A stretch of DNA of 64,000 bases from an uncultured Actinomycetes bacterium. Lineage in GTDB: Bacteria; Actinomycetota; Thermoleophilia; Gaiellales; Gaiellaceae. Location: contig CAVTCK010000017.1 of the NCBI GenBank assembly GCA_963733155.1, forward strand, positions 9,590-73,589, read 5' to 3'. The translations under genes were made by a program, and so were the position numbers. The notes under the pieces are model-generated. The model did no database searches. It was not told the origin of the DNA and saw only the letters and a list, made by a program, of their open reading frames with translations. Positions 9,432 through 19,167 of this stretch are shown here, one piece after another (position 1 is the first letter of the stretch; every line of letters starts with the position of its first letter).

Positions 9432-10628
9432 TCAAGGCTCGAGCACGACCTTGATCGCGCCGTCCTGCTTCTTCTGGAAGATCTCGTAGCCGTGCGGGGC
9501 ATCGTCGAGCGGCAGCCGGTGGGTGGCGAGGTCATCGACGCCGAGCGGGTCGTCGTCGTCGGCCACGAGCGGCAGGAGGTCGTCGATCCAGCGCTTGACG
9601 TTGCGCCTGGCCCATGCGCGACTGTGAGCGCTTGTCGAAGATCTGCAGCATCGGCAGCGGGTCGGCCGTGCCGCCGTAGACGCCGATGATCGAGATCGTT
9701 CCGCCGCGGCGGACCGACGTCGATCGCGTCCAGGAGCGCCGGCAAGCCGATCGACGCCCGGCCTTCTCCATCATCGGCCGCGGCGACGGCAGTCGGGCAG
9801 CAGCCCGACGGACTTCTGCGCGAGCCTCGGCGCACCTCGGCGCCGTGCGCCTCCATGCCGACCGCGTCGATCACCGAGTCCGGACCGCGGCCGTCCGGTG
9901 CGTTCGCGAGACGGCCCGGCGACGTCGTCGTGCTCGTCGGCGTCGATCACCTCGACCCCGTGACGGCGTGCCATCTCGAGCCGCTCGGGCACGAGATCGA
10001 CTGCCGAAGACCCGCCGGCGCCCTGGTGCTTGGCGATGCGCGCGCTCATCTGGCCGATGGGGCCGAGCCCGAAGACGGCGACGCTCCCGCCGGCGGGGAC
10101 GTCGGCGTACTCCACCGCCTGCCACGCGGTCGGCAGCACGTCCGAGAGGAAGAGGAAACGCTCGTCCGGCGGGCCGTCGGGCACCTTGATCGGGCCGAAG
10201 TGCGCCTGCGGGACCCGTAGGTAGCTCGGCCTGGCCGCCCGGAACCTGGCCGTAGAGCTTCGTGTAGCCGAAGAGCGCGGCGCCCGTGTCGTGCTCGCGC
10301 ACCTGGGTCGTCTCGCACTGTGACGTGGAGCCCGCGGTCGCACATCCAGCAGTGCCCGCAGGAGATGTTGAACGGGATCACGACGCGGTCGCCGCCGCTT
10401 GATGTGGGTGACCGTCGGCCCGACCTCCTCCACGATCCCCATCGGCTCGTGGCCGAGGATGTCGCCCTCGTCGATGAACGGGCCGAGCACCTCGTAGAGA
10501 TGCAGGTCGGAGCCGCAGATCGCCGTCGACGTGACCCGGACGATCGCGTCGGTCGACTCCTCGATCGTCGGGTCCGGGACGTCGTCGACGCGGACGTCCC
10601 GCCTGCCGTGCCAGGTGAGTGCCTTCAT
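9432..10628 (-). pseudogene. Zinc-dependent alcohol/formaldehyde dehydrogenase (MDR family), multiply frameshifted
   Basis: MKALTWHGRRDVRVDDVPDP...ICGSDLHLYE...GHEPMGIVEEVG; IPFNISCGHCWMCDRGLH; REHDTGAALFGYTKLYGQVPGGQAE; FGPIKVPDGPPDERFLFLSDVLPTAWQAVEYA...VAVFGLGPIGQM; IDAVGMEAHG; C-terminus HGYEIFQKKQDGAIKVVLEP. These lie in at least 5 different frame segments. Confidence 0.8.
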
Positions 10629-10700
10629 GGGGTGCCTCCGTGGGTTGCTAGGTCACGAGGCCGGCCGCGGGTGACGGCGGCCGGCCTGCGTCTTTTTCGC

Positions 10701-11927
10701 CTAGCGATCTGGATAGGGATCGTTGACGCTGTCCCCGCCGGAGACAGTCGCCCACTCCCCTCCGCCGCACGAAGGGCACGGCGGGATGTGCGTTTGAGAG
10801 CTCATCTCGATCGTTTTGCCGCAGTTCATGCACCGGTAGGTGCCGGCCGAGACGTCGCTGCCCGCTGAAACTGATTCGCCATCAGGCTCCTCTCGTTGCG
10901 TGTCGCCTACTTCGCCTTCGACCTGGCGCTCGAGGTTGTGCTCGTCGTGCGGCGACGTGGCTTTGTCGCGGCGCGCCGACGCGTCTGCCCCTTGCCGTTT
11001 GCGACCGCGCCGGTCGGCTCCTTCGGAAGCCCCGCGGCCTCCCGAAGCTTCCTGGCGATCTCTGCGATCTCCTCCGGGCGCGTAGTCCGGGGCGAAGACA
11101 GCCGGCTGGGAGGGGAGGTCATTGGGAAGCGCGCCCTCAGGAGCTTCATCGATGACCTCGAGCTCCTCACCGGTCTCGGGATGGGGGCCGTTGAAGACGG
11201 CCGCGAGCTCCTGGTAGTCCTTCGGCGAGAACCGGTAGAGGCGCAGATGGTCTCCGCGCTTGATGTGCGGCCGGCACTCGGGGATCTTGTCCGTGGGGAT
11301 CCGGGGCGACGGGAAGAGCTTCATCATGTCCGCCCCGGTGAGGTTCTCGAGAGCGCGCGCGTAGGCGACCTGGTGGACGCCGCCACGAACGAGCAGGTAC
11401 CCGGTGAGGGCACGCGCGGCCGGGTGGTCGACCATCTCGTAGACCTTCAGCTTGTTGTTGCGCGCGCCGGTCTCGAGGAAGAAGTTGTGTGTCAGATCCT
11501 CGACCAGGTCGCCAGAGGAGAAGACGTAGTCGCCGTTCCAGGGGCGCCCCTGCGAGTCCTGAGGGAGCGCGCCCTGGCCGCCGGCAAGGAAGTGATGCGG
11601 GTTGCCGATGCCCTTCAGCTACTTCATGGCGGCACTCGGAGCCTTGCCGTTGTCGGTCGGCGTGGCTCCAGTGAGCATCGTGTTGATCGTTGCGGCGACC
11701 AGTTCGATGTGACCGAACTCCTCGCCGGCGATGTTGGCGATCAGGTCGTAGAACGGCCGAGCGCCCTGGCGGTCGCGAAAGTTGAAGGACTGAAACGTGT
11801 AGTTCATGAAGGTGGACATCTCGCCGAAGCGGCCACCCATCAACTCCTGGACAGCTGCGGCGCCCGCAGGGTCAGGGTCGGAAGGCGGCGGCAATTCGGT
11901 TGCGATACGGTCGAGACGCAGGATCAT
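10701..11927 (-). pseudogene. Manganese catalase family protein with an in-frame TAG, a frameshift pair and a C-terminal zinc-ribbon tail
   Basis: GGRFGEMSTFMNYTFQSFNFR...IAGEEFGHIELVAATI...AAMK-TAG(11619-11621)-LKGIGNPHHFLAGGQGALPQDSQGRPWNGDYVF...LLVRGGVHQVAYARALE. PEEIAEIARKLREAAGLP sits in another frame (ORF 10907-11170). The tail is YRCMNCGKTIEMSSQTHIPPCPSCGGGEW. Confidence 0.75.
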
Positions 11928-12199
11928 GGGGCCTCCAGGTGACGTGGGTTTTGTCGTCGGTCGTTACCCCGGTTCCGGGTCCGTAAACGGAGCTCGGAAC
12001 GGGTGGTTGCGAAAGGAGCGGCCAGCGCGAACGCCGGGCTCCAGTCCGAGAGTCGGCGCTGCGATGTAGCGGACAAGGCTAAGACGCTGCATGGGCTTCG
12101 GAGGACTCGGAGTTGGAGGAGGCCGAGCAGACACCGGCCCCCTCCAACACTCCTCCTAGCGGCGGCTTTCCCGTGGAGTTCCTGCTGGAATTACGATCA

Positions 12200-13004
12200 T
12201 CACGGGATCGGGGTGCGCGGCCGCTCCTCCGGCTCGACGCCGGCGGGCTCTGGGCCTTCGCCGTTCTCGGCCTTTGCCTTCATCCGCGCGGCATCCTGCG
12301 TCGTTCGCTCCTTGCCCTGCTGCAGGTCCTGCTTCACCTGCACCTTCGACTGCTGCCCCCTGATGTAGGCGCCCTGCAGCATCTGGGAGGCAACGTCACG
12401 GCCGCCAAGTCCGAAGGCGAGCGCCATGGCCAGGGCGGCCCCACCCATCAGAGCTCGCGTAGGTGATGGTCACGATCTCGGGCGCGATCATGAGCTGGTC
12501 GAGGATCATGAAGCCGGCAATCGCCATGATCAGGACCGGGACGACCGTGGCGATGACCTTCCCTGTTGCCGTGTCGCCCATCGTCCGCGCAACGAGCCCG
12601 GCGACCGCTCCAGCCACCAGCCCGGCTACGAGGAAGATCAGAAACGCAGCGATCACGTTCGGCAGATACGCATAGATCGCCGCGACGAAGTCTTCGAGCG
12701 CGTCGATCCCCAAGACTGAGACCGCAAGGGAGATGGCCCCCAGAAAGACCGCCCAGAACGCGATCCGCCCGATAAGACGGGATGGGCTCGCGGTCACTTT
12801 TTGCACCCACTGGCCGGCCTGGCCTTCGTGAAGCGTCCGATCGAGCCCGGTGCGCTGGAGCACCCGCCCGATCACACCCGCGATCACCTTGGCCACGATG
12901 TAGCCGATGATGAGAATGACGACGAAGGCGGCGAGCTTGGGAAGCCAGACGAAGAATTCGTCTAGGCCCCGCTCAACGCTGTCGCCGATGCTTGCTAGCA
13001 ACAT
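12200..13004 (-). pseudogene. Conserved-TM-helix repeat / small mechanosensitive-channel-like membrane protein, one frameshift
   Basis: ORF 12396-13004 (FFVWLPKLAAFVVILIIGYIVAKVIAGVIGRVLQR...) continues in ORF 12200-12448 (MGGAALAMALAFGLGGRDVASQMLQGAY...). The junction is near 12450. Confidence 0.6.
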
Positions 13005-13076
13005 CTAACCCCTCCTCCAGCGTGCGACCGAGACCGAGCACCGTTTCGTATCCCCGGAGTCGACGGTCGCACTGGA

Positions 13077-13136
13077 TTGACGTGTCCCTACTAACGGGAC
13101 ATATAGGACACTATGTCCCACAAGAAGGAGATGTAA
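13077..13136. promoter_or_regulatory. Nested inverted repeats (TGTCCC/GGGACA array) plus a candidate minus-strand promoter, in the divergent region between the membrane-protein gene and the HTH-SpoIIE gene
   Basis: TGTCCC(13083)-N8-GGGACA(13096), and GGGACATA-N8-TATGTCCC (13096-13119). On the minus strand: TTACAT (13136-13131), a 17-nt spacer, TAGTGT (13113-13108). TTGACG at 13077-13082 on the plus strand. Confidence 0.4.
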
Positions 13137-13169
13137 ACCTGCCGGCGCATAGAATCTGGAACAGATGGA

Positions 13170-14660
13170 GTGCAAGCTAGACACGCGAAGCGGAGGACGT
13201 TGAGCGCAGGGTTGGGTCAGGCCGCCGGTGCGCCGAGCGAGGTGGCCAAAGCGAGGCGTGACCCGGGTCCCGCACGTGCGGATGCGGTTGCCAGTCGCGA
13301 GCGGATCTTGGAGGCCGCCGCCGCCCTCGCCGGGGACCGGCGGGCCACCATGATCGAGATCGCGGCGGCCGCCGGGGTCGGCCGGTCGACGTTGTACCGG
13401 CATTTCTCGAGCCGCCGGGCTCTCGACCAGGCCCTCGCGCAACGGGCCGGCGTTTCTCCCCCGCCGAGTGCGTGGATTGCCACGCTTCCGTTTCGCACCC
13501 CCGGCCAGCTGGGCCGCGAGGGCCCGCTTACCCTCGAGGTCACACACGTTCTCGACGAGGTGCCTCCCCATCTCGTACCCGACCAGCTGGTAGCCGAGGC
13601 CCGGCGGGCAGCGGGCGTCGCCGTCGCCCTCTATGTCGTCGACATCGACGGATCGCAGCTCGTGCGCCTCGCCGGCTCCGACAACTTCCCCGAAGAGCTG
13701 GAGGCGCCGCCAGCTCTGGGCCCGGAGATCGTCCCCGAAGGGCTCGCTGCCTACGGGACAACGCTGCGGCAGCGCCTTCCCGGCTGCGTCGCCGAGCCGC
13801 TCTGGCTGCGGGGCCGCGTCACGGCGCTCTTTCTCTGCATCGGCACGCCGGTCGCGCCCCTGGAGGACATCGCCAAGCAGGGCGCCGCCGCCCTCGAGCT
13901 CGCGAACCATTACACGGACTTCATCGAGGCGAGACGGCGGCGGAAACCGACGACCCCGGCCGCGGAGATCCAGCAGAACCTGTTCCCACCTCGGATCACG
14001 CGAATCGCCGGCGCGCAGTTGGCAGGCGGGCTCCTGCCGACCTACGAAGTCGGTGGAGATTGGTTTGACTTCGTCGAAAACCGTGATGGAGCCTGGCTCG
14101 CGATCGCCGACGCTGCCGGCACGGGCCCGACGGCGGCCGGCCTGGGCGCGTCGGCGCTCGGCGCCCTACGCGCCGCCCGAAGAAGCGGCGACGACCTCGG
14201 CGAGGCGCTTCGTGCGATGGACGAAACCGTGCGCGGACTGGGGAATCCGGATTTCTACGTCACGGCCATCGTGGCCCGTTGGCATGCGTCCACCTGCACC
14301 TTCACGTGGGCGAACTGCGGACACCCAGACGTGATGCTGGTCGGCACGGACGGCCGTGTGAGCACGCTCGAAGGCACGATTCACGCACCGCTGGGGACCC
14401 AGGGAGACCAGGCCACCTTTCAGCTAACGGAGCGTCAAATGGCCGCGGGCGAGCGGCTCATCCTCGTTACGGACGGCATCACCAAGCGGCGGACGGAGAC
14501 CGGTGGGCGATTCGGCCTGAACGGGATCCGCGGAGCCATCGAGGGCGTCGAAAGCGCTACAGCAGCGGCTAGCGCTATGGCCATCCTGCAGGCCGTGAGC
14601 GACTGCTGTCGCGACCCCCTCGAGGACGACGGCACGGTCGTCGTCCTCGGCGTCGCCTAA
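13170..14660 (+). CDS. TetR-like HTH domain fused to a PP2C/SpoIIE-family serine phosphatase
   Basis: N-terminus: RERILEAAAALAGDRRATMIEIAAAAGVGRSTLYRHFSSRRAL. C-terminus: TYEVGGDWFDFVENRDGAWLAIADAAGTGPTAAG...YVTAIVARW...NCGHPDVMLV...LILVTDGI...DDGTVVVL. The exact start (GTG 13170 or downstream) is uncertain. Confidence 0.8.
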   Translation: MQARHAKRRTLSAGLGQAAGAPSEVAKARRDPGPARADAVASRERILEAAAALAGDRRATMIEIAAAAGVGRSTLYRHFSSRRALDQALAQRAGVSPPPSAWIATLPFRTPGQLGREGPLTLEVTHVLDEVPPHLVPDQLVAEARRAAGVAVALYVVDIDGSQLVRLAGSDNFPEELEAPPALGPEIVPEGLAAYGTTLRQRLPGCVAEPLWLRGRVTALFLCIGTPVAPLEDIAKQGAAALELANHYTDFIEARRRRKPTTPAAEIQQNLFPPRITRIAGAQLAGGLLPTYEVGGDWFDFVENRDGAWLAIADAAGTGPTAAGLGASALGALRAARRSGDDLGEALRAMDETVRGLGNPDFYVTAIVARWHASTCTFTWANCGHPDVMLVGTDGRVSTLEGTIHAPLGTQGDQATFQLTERQMAAGERLILVTDGITKRRTETGGRFGLNGIRGAIEGVESATAAASAMAILQAVSDCCRDPLEDDGTVVVLGVA

Positions 14661-14705
14661 CAGCAGGCGCTGTTTGCAGTTCGCCCCGCTGGCTATACCG
14701 GGCGT

Positions 14706-15194
14706 ATGAATGCGCACACGAGGGCTGGGACAGAGTCTGCAGGCCTCAGCAGACCGGGCATCGTCCTCGGGCTTGGCTTAGGTGGATTTGTGGATGGCAT
14801 CGTTCTCCATCAGATCGCCCAGTGGCACAACATGCTGTCCAGCACCGAGCGATGGCCAGCGTCCACGGTCCAAGGGATGGAACGCAACATGCTGGCAGAC
14901 GGTCTTTTCCACGCCGCGACTTGGATTCTCGTGGCCCTTGGGCTGTGGCTGCTCTGGAGCGTCAGACGTTCTGGCGGTCACGCCTCGGGATGGGTGCTGA
15001 TCGGTTGGATGCTCGTCGGGTGGGGGATCTTCAACCTAGTCGAAGGGGTCATCGACCATCAGCTCCTTGGTATCCATCACGTGCGGCACGAAAGCCTCGC
15101 CTGGGACCTGGGTTTCCTCGGCTTCGGCATGCTGCTCGTCGTTGGTGGTTGGCTTTTCGCTCGGTCGGCCGGGCAACCGAGACGAAGCTCGTAA
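14706..15194 (+). CDS. DUF2243-like integral membrane protein
   Basis: GLGLGGFVDGIVLHQIAQWHNMLS...GLFHAATWILVALGLWLLW...GWGIFNLVEGVIDHQLLGIHHV. Confidence 0.7.
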   Translation: MNAHTRAGTESAGLSRPGIVLGLGLGGFVDGIVLHQIAQWHNMLSSTERWPASTVQGMERNMLADGLFHAATWILVALGLWLLWSVRRSGGHASGWVLIGWMLVGWGIFNLVEGVIDHQLLGIHHVRHESLAWDLGFLGFGMLLVVGGWLFARSAGQPRRSS

Positions 15195-15871
15195 GCCTGA
15201 GATCGGGATCATGGCGACCCAGAACACGATCAGCCAGCCGTTGACGCGGCGCATCCCAGGTCGAACGGGTTATTTCTCGAGACGACGGGTACGCCGTTGT
15301 CGAGAGCTAATCGGCGTGGAGTACATGGAGGTCACTATCCCCGTCCCGACGAGGCATACGCCTGATGAGTGCGAGGAAGCGTTTAGGACGCTCTATCGCC
15401 TGCGGGCGCAGTGGAAGGATGGGAAAGGTCCTCCTCGGGGAGGCCTTGGAGGCGATCAAGAGGCTGATCGAAGACTACGAAGACGAGCTAGGCAAACGGG
15501 CCTAGCCTGGCCACCACCGCGGGTCAGCGGCCGAACGTGATTCGTCGATCGCCGCCTCGCATCCGTTGGCCAACTGGTGGGCCGCGTGCGACTATGCGGC
15601 CTCGAGGTCCACCGGCGGTCTCAGCTCTTCGGCGTCTGCCTCAGCTGTGCTGCCTTGCAGTCGTAACCGGACAGCGTCGAGCAGCTCAACCTCTCGCTCC
15701 TCTTCCTGCTCGAGGCGCCCCCACAGGTCACTCGCACTCTCTCCCCACATTCGACCCCTCCATCCCCGGATGACTGCTGCTAACTACCCGGCGAGCCGCG
15801 GCGGGAAACAGGGAATCGTCGGCGAGTAATCACGTCGGTCCCACGACCGCCACGACCTAAAGCGGCCACGC

Positions 15872-16240
15872 CTAAAGCGCGAGTATCTCGGCGAGGCCCA
15901 TGGTCTCGATCACGCCCCGCATGTGAGCGTTCCCGGTCGTGACACGGAGAGCCCTGCCGCTCTCGCGCAGGCGCCGCGCGGCCTGGATGAGGACGTTCAG
16001 GCCGGTGGACTCGATGAAGCTGTCCGATGAGAACTCGACGAGGACGTCCGAGTCCGTGCCGTGGATCGCGTCGGCGAGAACCTGCTCGAGGTGTGGCGCG
16101 GTCGCCAGGTCGACCTCGCCCCTCACGAATACGTGGGCGCTACCGCCGGCGAGCGTCTCGACCGCGATGCGGATGGACGCCGCGGCGTCGATGTAGCCGG
16201 TGCCGTCGCGTTCTGGTACGTTGGAAACCATGGGCGACAA
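15872..16240 (-). CDS. STAS-domain anti-sigma-factor antagonist
   Basis: VFVRGEVDLATAPHLEQVLADAI...VLVEFSSDSFIESTGLNVLIQAARRLRESGRALRVTTGNAHMRGVIETMGL. Confidence 0.8.
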   Translation of the reverse strand: MSPMVSNVPERDGTGYIDAAASIRIAVETLAGGSAHVFVRGEVDLATAPHLEQVLADAIHGTDSDVLVEFSSDSFIESTGLNVLIQAARRLRESGRALRVTTGNAHMRGVIETMGLAEILAL

Positions 16241-16559
16241 GAAAAATACGACAAATAAGTCCCGAATGTCAAGTCCTCAGGATTCGAGGCCGTGGCGATT
16301 CGTCACCAACCACACCCAGGTCCTTGTCTGCATCGCCCGAGATGGTGACGTGCGCCTGCGCGACGTGGCCGAGAGGGTGGGGATCACCGAGCGGGCGGCG
16401 CAGCGAATCGTGAACGATCTCGTCGAGGCGGGCTACGTCGAGCGCAGGAAGGTCGGGCGGCGAAACCACTACTCGATCGACCGCGCCGCGAAGATGCGCC
16501 ACCCCGCCCAGGTCCACCAGGAGATCGGCGAGCTGCTCGACCTGCTCGCCTCCACGTAG
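16230..16559 (+). CDS. Winged-helix (MarR/ArsR-like) DNA-binding protein
   Basis: VLVCIARDGDVRLRDVAERVGITERAAQRIVNDLVEAGYVERRKVGRRNHYSI. Start taken at ATG 16230 within track ORF 16200-16559. Divergent from the STAS gene. Confidence 0.7.
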   Translation: MGDKKNTTNKSRMSSPQDSRPWRFVTNHTQVLVCIARDGDVRLRDVAERVGITERAAQRIVNDLVEAGYVERRKVGRRNHYSIDRAAKMRHPAQVHQEIGELLDLLAST

Positions 16560-16607
16560 CCGCGCCGCTGGTCCGAGGTCCCAATCCCGGAGGTTGCGGG
16601 CATAGCC

Positions 16608-17009
16608 TTGGCTTGCCGAACCTGTGCCCCCACGGCCGCCCGAGGAACTCGAACCTCTCGCGAGGTTCCTTTCGTCGCCGTACTCACCGCCGGCCTCGCC
16701 GTCCTCATGGGAGTGCTGCTGCCCGCAGTCGGCCTGATCGCCACCCTGATCAGGCGCGAAGTCAACAACCGGCTCTTCCAGCTCGCAGAGGGCGACCTCG
16801 GTGAGTTCCACTGCGAGTGCGGTGGGCTTGCGTGCCTCGAGAAGGTCGTCGTGCCGGTTGCCGATTACCGGTGGGTGCGGAACGATCCGGACATGTTCAT
16901 CATCGACTCTCGCCACAGTTTCGAATCCCTCGGGTGGATCGTGAAGCGGCACGAGCGGCTGGAGCATCGTCGAGACTGCCTACCCGACGTGATACCGTGC
17001 GCGTCCTAA
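16608..17009 (+). CDS. Hypothetical membrane-anchored protein
   Basis: One TM helix (FVAVLTAGLAVLMGVLLPAVGLIATLI) followed by a Cys-containing domain. No family recognised and the start is uncertain. Confidence 0.35.
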   Translation: MACRTCAPTAARGTRTSREVPFVAVLTAGLAVLMGVLLPAVGLIATLIRREVNNRLFQLAEGDLGEFHCECGGLACLEKVVVPVADYRWVRNDPDMFIIDSRHSFESLGWIVKRHERLEHRRDCLPDVIPCAS

Positions 17010-17102
17010 CCGCCCGCCTCGGCCGACTACTCCGATGACCGTCGGCGATCACTCCGAACGGGCCGAACTCCCTGCGTTGGGGTTCTGACGACCTCCTACA
17101 CG

Positions 17103-17131
17103 GAACGCGCCCTCCCCATGGGGGCGCGTTC
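17103..17131 (+). terminator. Stem-loop downstream of 16608-17009 (possible terminator)
   Basis: gaacgcgccc-tccccatgg-gggcgcgttc, a 10-bp stem, followed by tccatc (weak T-tract). Confidence 0.35.
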
Positions 17132-17368
17132 TCCATCACGCGCCGCGCCGCTCGGATTGCATCGTGCAGGATGCACTCAGCCTCTGACAGAAACCGCGAG
17201 GCTTAGCGGACGCGCGTGACAACGCCGGCCGCCACTCAAACCCACTGGCCGGTAGCTGCTCGGCCTTACGCTCGCAGAGGTGATTCTTGGAGCTGGAGGA
17301 TCCCTACGGTTGGCGGATCTCGCGCAGGGCGCGCCGCGGAGCACCGCTAACTTCATCCACTGGTAGGC

Positions 17369-18109
17369 GTGGCCGCTCACTTCGGGCGGGAGATGGCACA
17401 AGCCGCGTTCCCGCGCCTCGGACACTTGTCCACGCCACTCGTGTGGGAGGGGCCTTTGAAGCGTCGGGGCCGGGTCCCTTGGAGCGCGGTGGGCGTAGGC
17501 TGCCACACGGTGTTCAGAAGGGACCCCGAGACCCTCATCGCCGCGCTCGGAAGTGCCGACCCGCATGAGCGCGAGGACGCAGCAAACGCGCTCATCGCCG
17601 CGCCCAATCCGAACGCGGAGCAGCCGCTCCTCCAGGCACTCGACGATCCCGAGCCGGCCGTGCGCGGCCAGGCAGCGCTCGCGATCGGCTCGCTCCGCTC
17701 CCGGCTGGCCGTGCCGCGTCTGCTCGAACTGACCCAGGATTCGGATTGGTTCGTGCGCGTGGCCGCGCTGAACGCACTGGGCTACATCGACGCGGCACTT
17801 CCGGCGGAGCCCGCTTTCGCTGCACTTGGAGACGACACGCCGGAGGTGCGCCAGGCGGCAGCGCTGAACATGGGCAGCTCCACAGATCCAGCCGCCGTCG
17901 ATGTGCTCGCGGAAGCGCTCCTGCACGACCCAGATTGGGCCGTCCGTGAGGCAGCCGCTGAAGCCCTAGGCGAGATCGGCGACCCGCGGGCCACCGACTC
18001 GCTTCAGCGGGCGGCGCGGTTGTGGCGCGTGGCGGTCAGCTGGCGCGTCGTCCGAGCGGCCCGACGGGCACTTCACCGGATCGAGAGCGCCCGTGTGGGC
18101 GAGCCCTAG
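17369..18109 (+). CDS. HEAT-repeat (PBS-lyase type) protein
   Basis: Repeated D-x-x-x-VR-x-x-A-x-x-ALG units: DDPEPAVRGQAALAIG, DSDWFVRVAALNALG, DDTPEVRQAAALNMG, DPDWAVREAAAEALGEIGD. Start uncertain. Confidence 0.7.
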   Translation: MAAHFGREMAQAAFPRLGHLSTPLVWEGPLKRRGRVPWSAVGVGCHTVFRRDPETLIAALGSADPHEREDAANALIAAPNPNAEQPLLQALDDPEPAVRGQAALAIGSLRSRLAVPRLLELTQDSDWFVRVAALNALGYIDAALPAEPAFAALGDDTPEVRQAAALNMGSSTDPAAVDVLAEALLHDPDWAVREAAAEALGEIGDPRATDSLQRAARLWRVAVSWRVVRAARRALHRIESARVGEP

Positions 18110-18174
18110 CCAGACGACGTGCGGCGGAATCGTGACGCTTGCAGCGTCTCTCGAAGTAACTTCGCCAGACCCTC

Positions 18175-18325
18175 CTAGAGCTCGATCGCCTCGACCCGCA
18201 GGAGCGCGGCGAGCTAGGGTCGTCGTCCTCGACCTCGGCGATGAATGTCTCGGCCGGCTCGCGCTCGAGGAAGGCTCGACCGTTTCTTCTGGGGCCTGCG
18301 AGCTGACCACGCCGTAGACGAGCAT
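18175..18325 (-). pseudogene. Small conserved-hypothetical gene (about 50 codons) with two frameshifts
   Basis: MLVYGVVSSQAPEETV / RAFLEREPAETFIAEVEDDDP / LAALLRVEAIEL-stop lie in three frames of the minus strand. Family assignment is tentative. Confidence 0.3.
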
Positions 18326-18472
18326 CGGCGGCAGGATGACACGGCCTCCGTCTCCGTGGCTGGCAACTTCTCGAGGGCGGCACCGGGGGCAGCACGCGAC
18401 GCCCTCAGGCGGGCTTCGTGGCAGCCATGTTTCGCTCAACCATGCGAAACCCGTTCAGCCATGGGGCTGGAG

Positions 18473-18545
18473 ATGGGCGGTGCCGGGCTCGAACCAGCGA
18501 CCTCCTGCTTGTAAGGCAGGCGCTCTCCCAACTGAGCTAACCGCC
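18473..18545 (-). tRNA. tRNA-Val(TAC): tRNA-Val (anticodon TAC)
   Basis: Reverse complement: GGGCGGTTAGCTCAGTTGGGAGAGCGCCTGCCTTACAAGCAGGAGGTCGCTGGTTCGAGCCCGGCACCGCCCA. Full cloverleaf. Confidence 0.95.
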
Positions 18546-18548
18546 CAG

Positions 18549-18621
18549 GTGCCCCCAGCGGGATTCGAACCCGCGCTACGGCCTTGAAAGGGCCGTGACC
18601 TGGGCCACTAGTCGATGGGGG
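18549..18621 (-). tRNA. tRNA-Glu(TTC): tRNA-Glu (anticodon TTC)
   Basis: Reverse complement: GCCCCCATCGACTAGTGGCCCAGGTCACGGCCCTTTCAAGGCCGTAGCGCGGGTTCGAATCCCGCTGGGGGCA. Confidence 0.95.
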
Positions 18622-18667
18622 CCAGGCGGGGCAAGGATAGCTGTCCTCCCTGGCTACACTCGCTGCG

Positions 18668-18740
18668 CGGGCCGGTAGCTCAGCTGGTAGAGCAGGGGAC
18701 TTTTAATCCCAAGGTCGCTGGTTCGAATCCAGCCCGGCCC
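18668..18740 (+). tRNA. tRNA-Lys(TTT): tRNA-Lys (anticodon TTT)
   Basis: GGGCCGGTAGCTCAGCTGGTAGAGCAGGGGACTTTTAATCCCAAGGTCGCTGGTTCGAATCCAGCCCGGCCCA. Confidence 0.95.
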
Positions 18741-19167
18741 ATTCCCCGCCGCACGGTTACGCGGAACCCGCATGGCTGCGTGGGTCAGGTGTGTCGGGAA
18801 TGCCGGAAATGCGCGGCCCGTGCTGTCCCGGTGCTGTCTCAGGAAATCGCCGAACTTGACAGCGGCGGAGCCGGCGAGGCGCGGGCCGCAAGGTCTCCCT
18901 AGGACTACCCTGCCCGCGCCCCGGCGAGAGTCAGGCTATGGCTTGCAGCCGGGCTGCCTAGATGGCCGTTCTGGCCATCAGGCAGACGGCTCTCGCCTTT
19001 GCTGTTTAGCGGCGCCACCCTAGGCGACCGAATCTCGGACACTCAGCGGCCAACGCCGGTCCGAAGGGAGTGCGACTGTTATGGCGAATCCGACGCCGTA
19101 CAGACGCGAAGGCAGCGTGAGCTCCCTTCACGACGCGGCTTGTGACATTCCCAGAAGAGAGGTAGGG

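Noticed and set aside
13125-13136. AAGGAG immediately followed by ATG-TAA might be a regulatory start-stop mini-ORF.
   Set aside because: There is no spacing between the SD-like sequence and the ATG, which is incompatible with normal initiation. The same hexamer read on the minus strand (TTACAT) is a plausible -35 element, 17 nt from TAGTGT.
15036-15254. A minus-strand ORF starting MRRVNGWLIVFWVAMIPISG might be a membrane-protein gene.
   Set aside because: Only about 20 codons lie outside the DUF2243 gene. The remainder is antisense to that gene. At most it is a tiny remnant.
15325-15505. A small plus-strand ORF (MEVTIPVPTRHTPDECEEAFRTLYRL...) and a convergent ~53-codon minus-strand ORF (about 15590-15750) might form a toxin-antitoxin pair.
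   Set aside because: No family motif was recognised. The plus-strand ORF needs an assumed frameshift to give a helical C-terminus (LLGEALEAIKRLIEDYEDELGKRA). The evidence is too thin to annotate.
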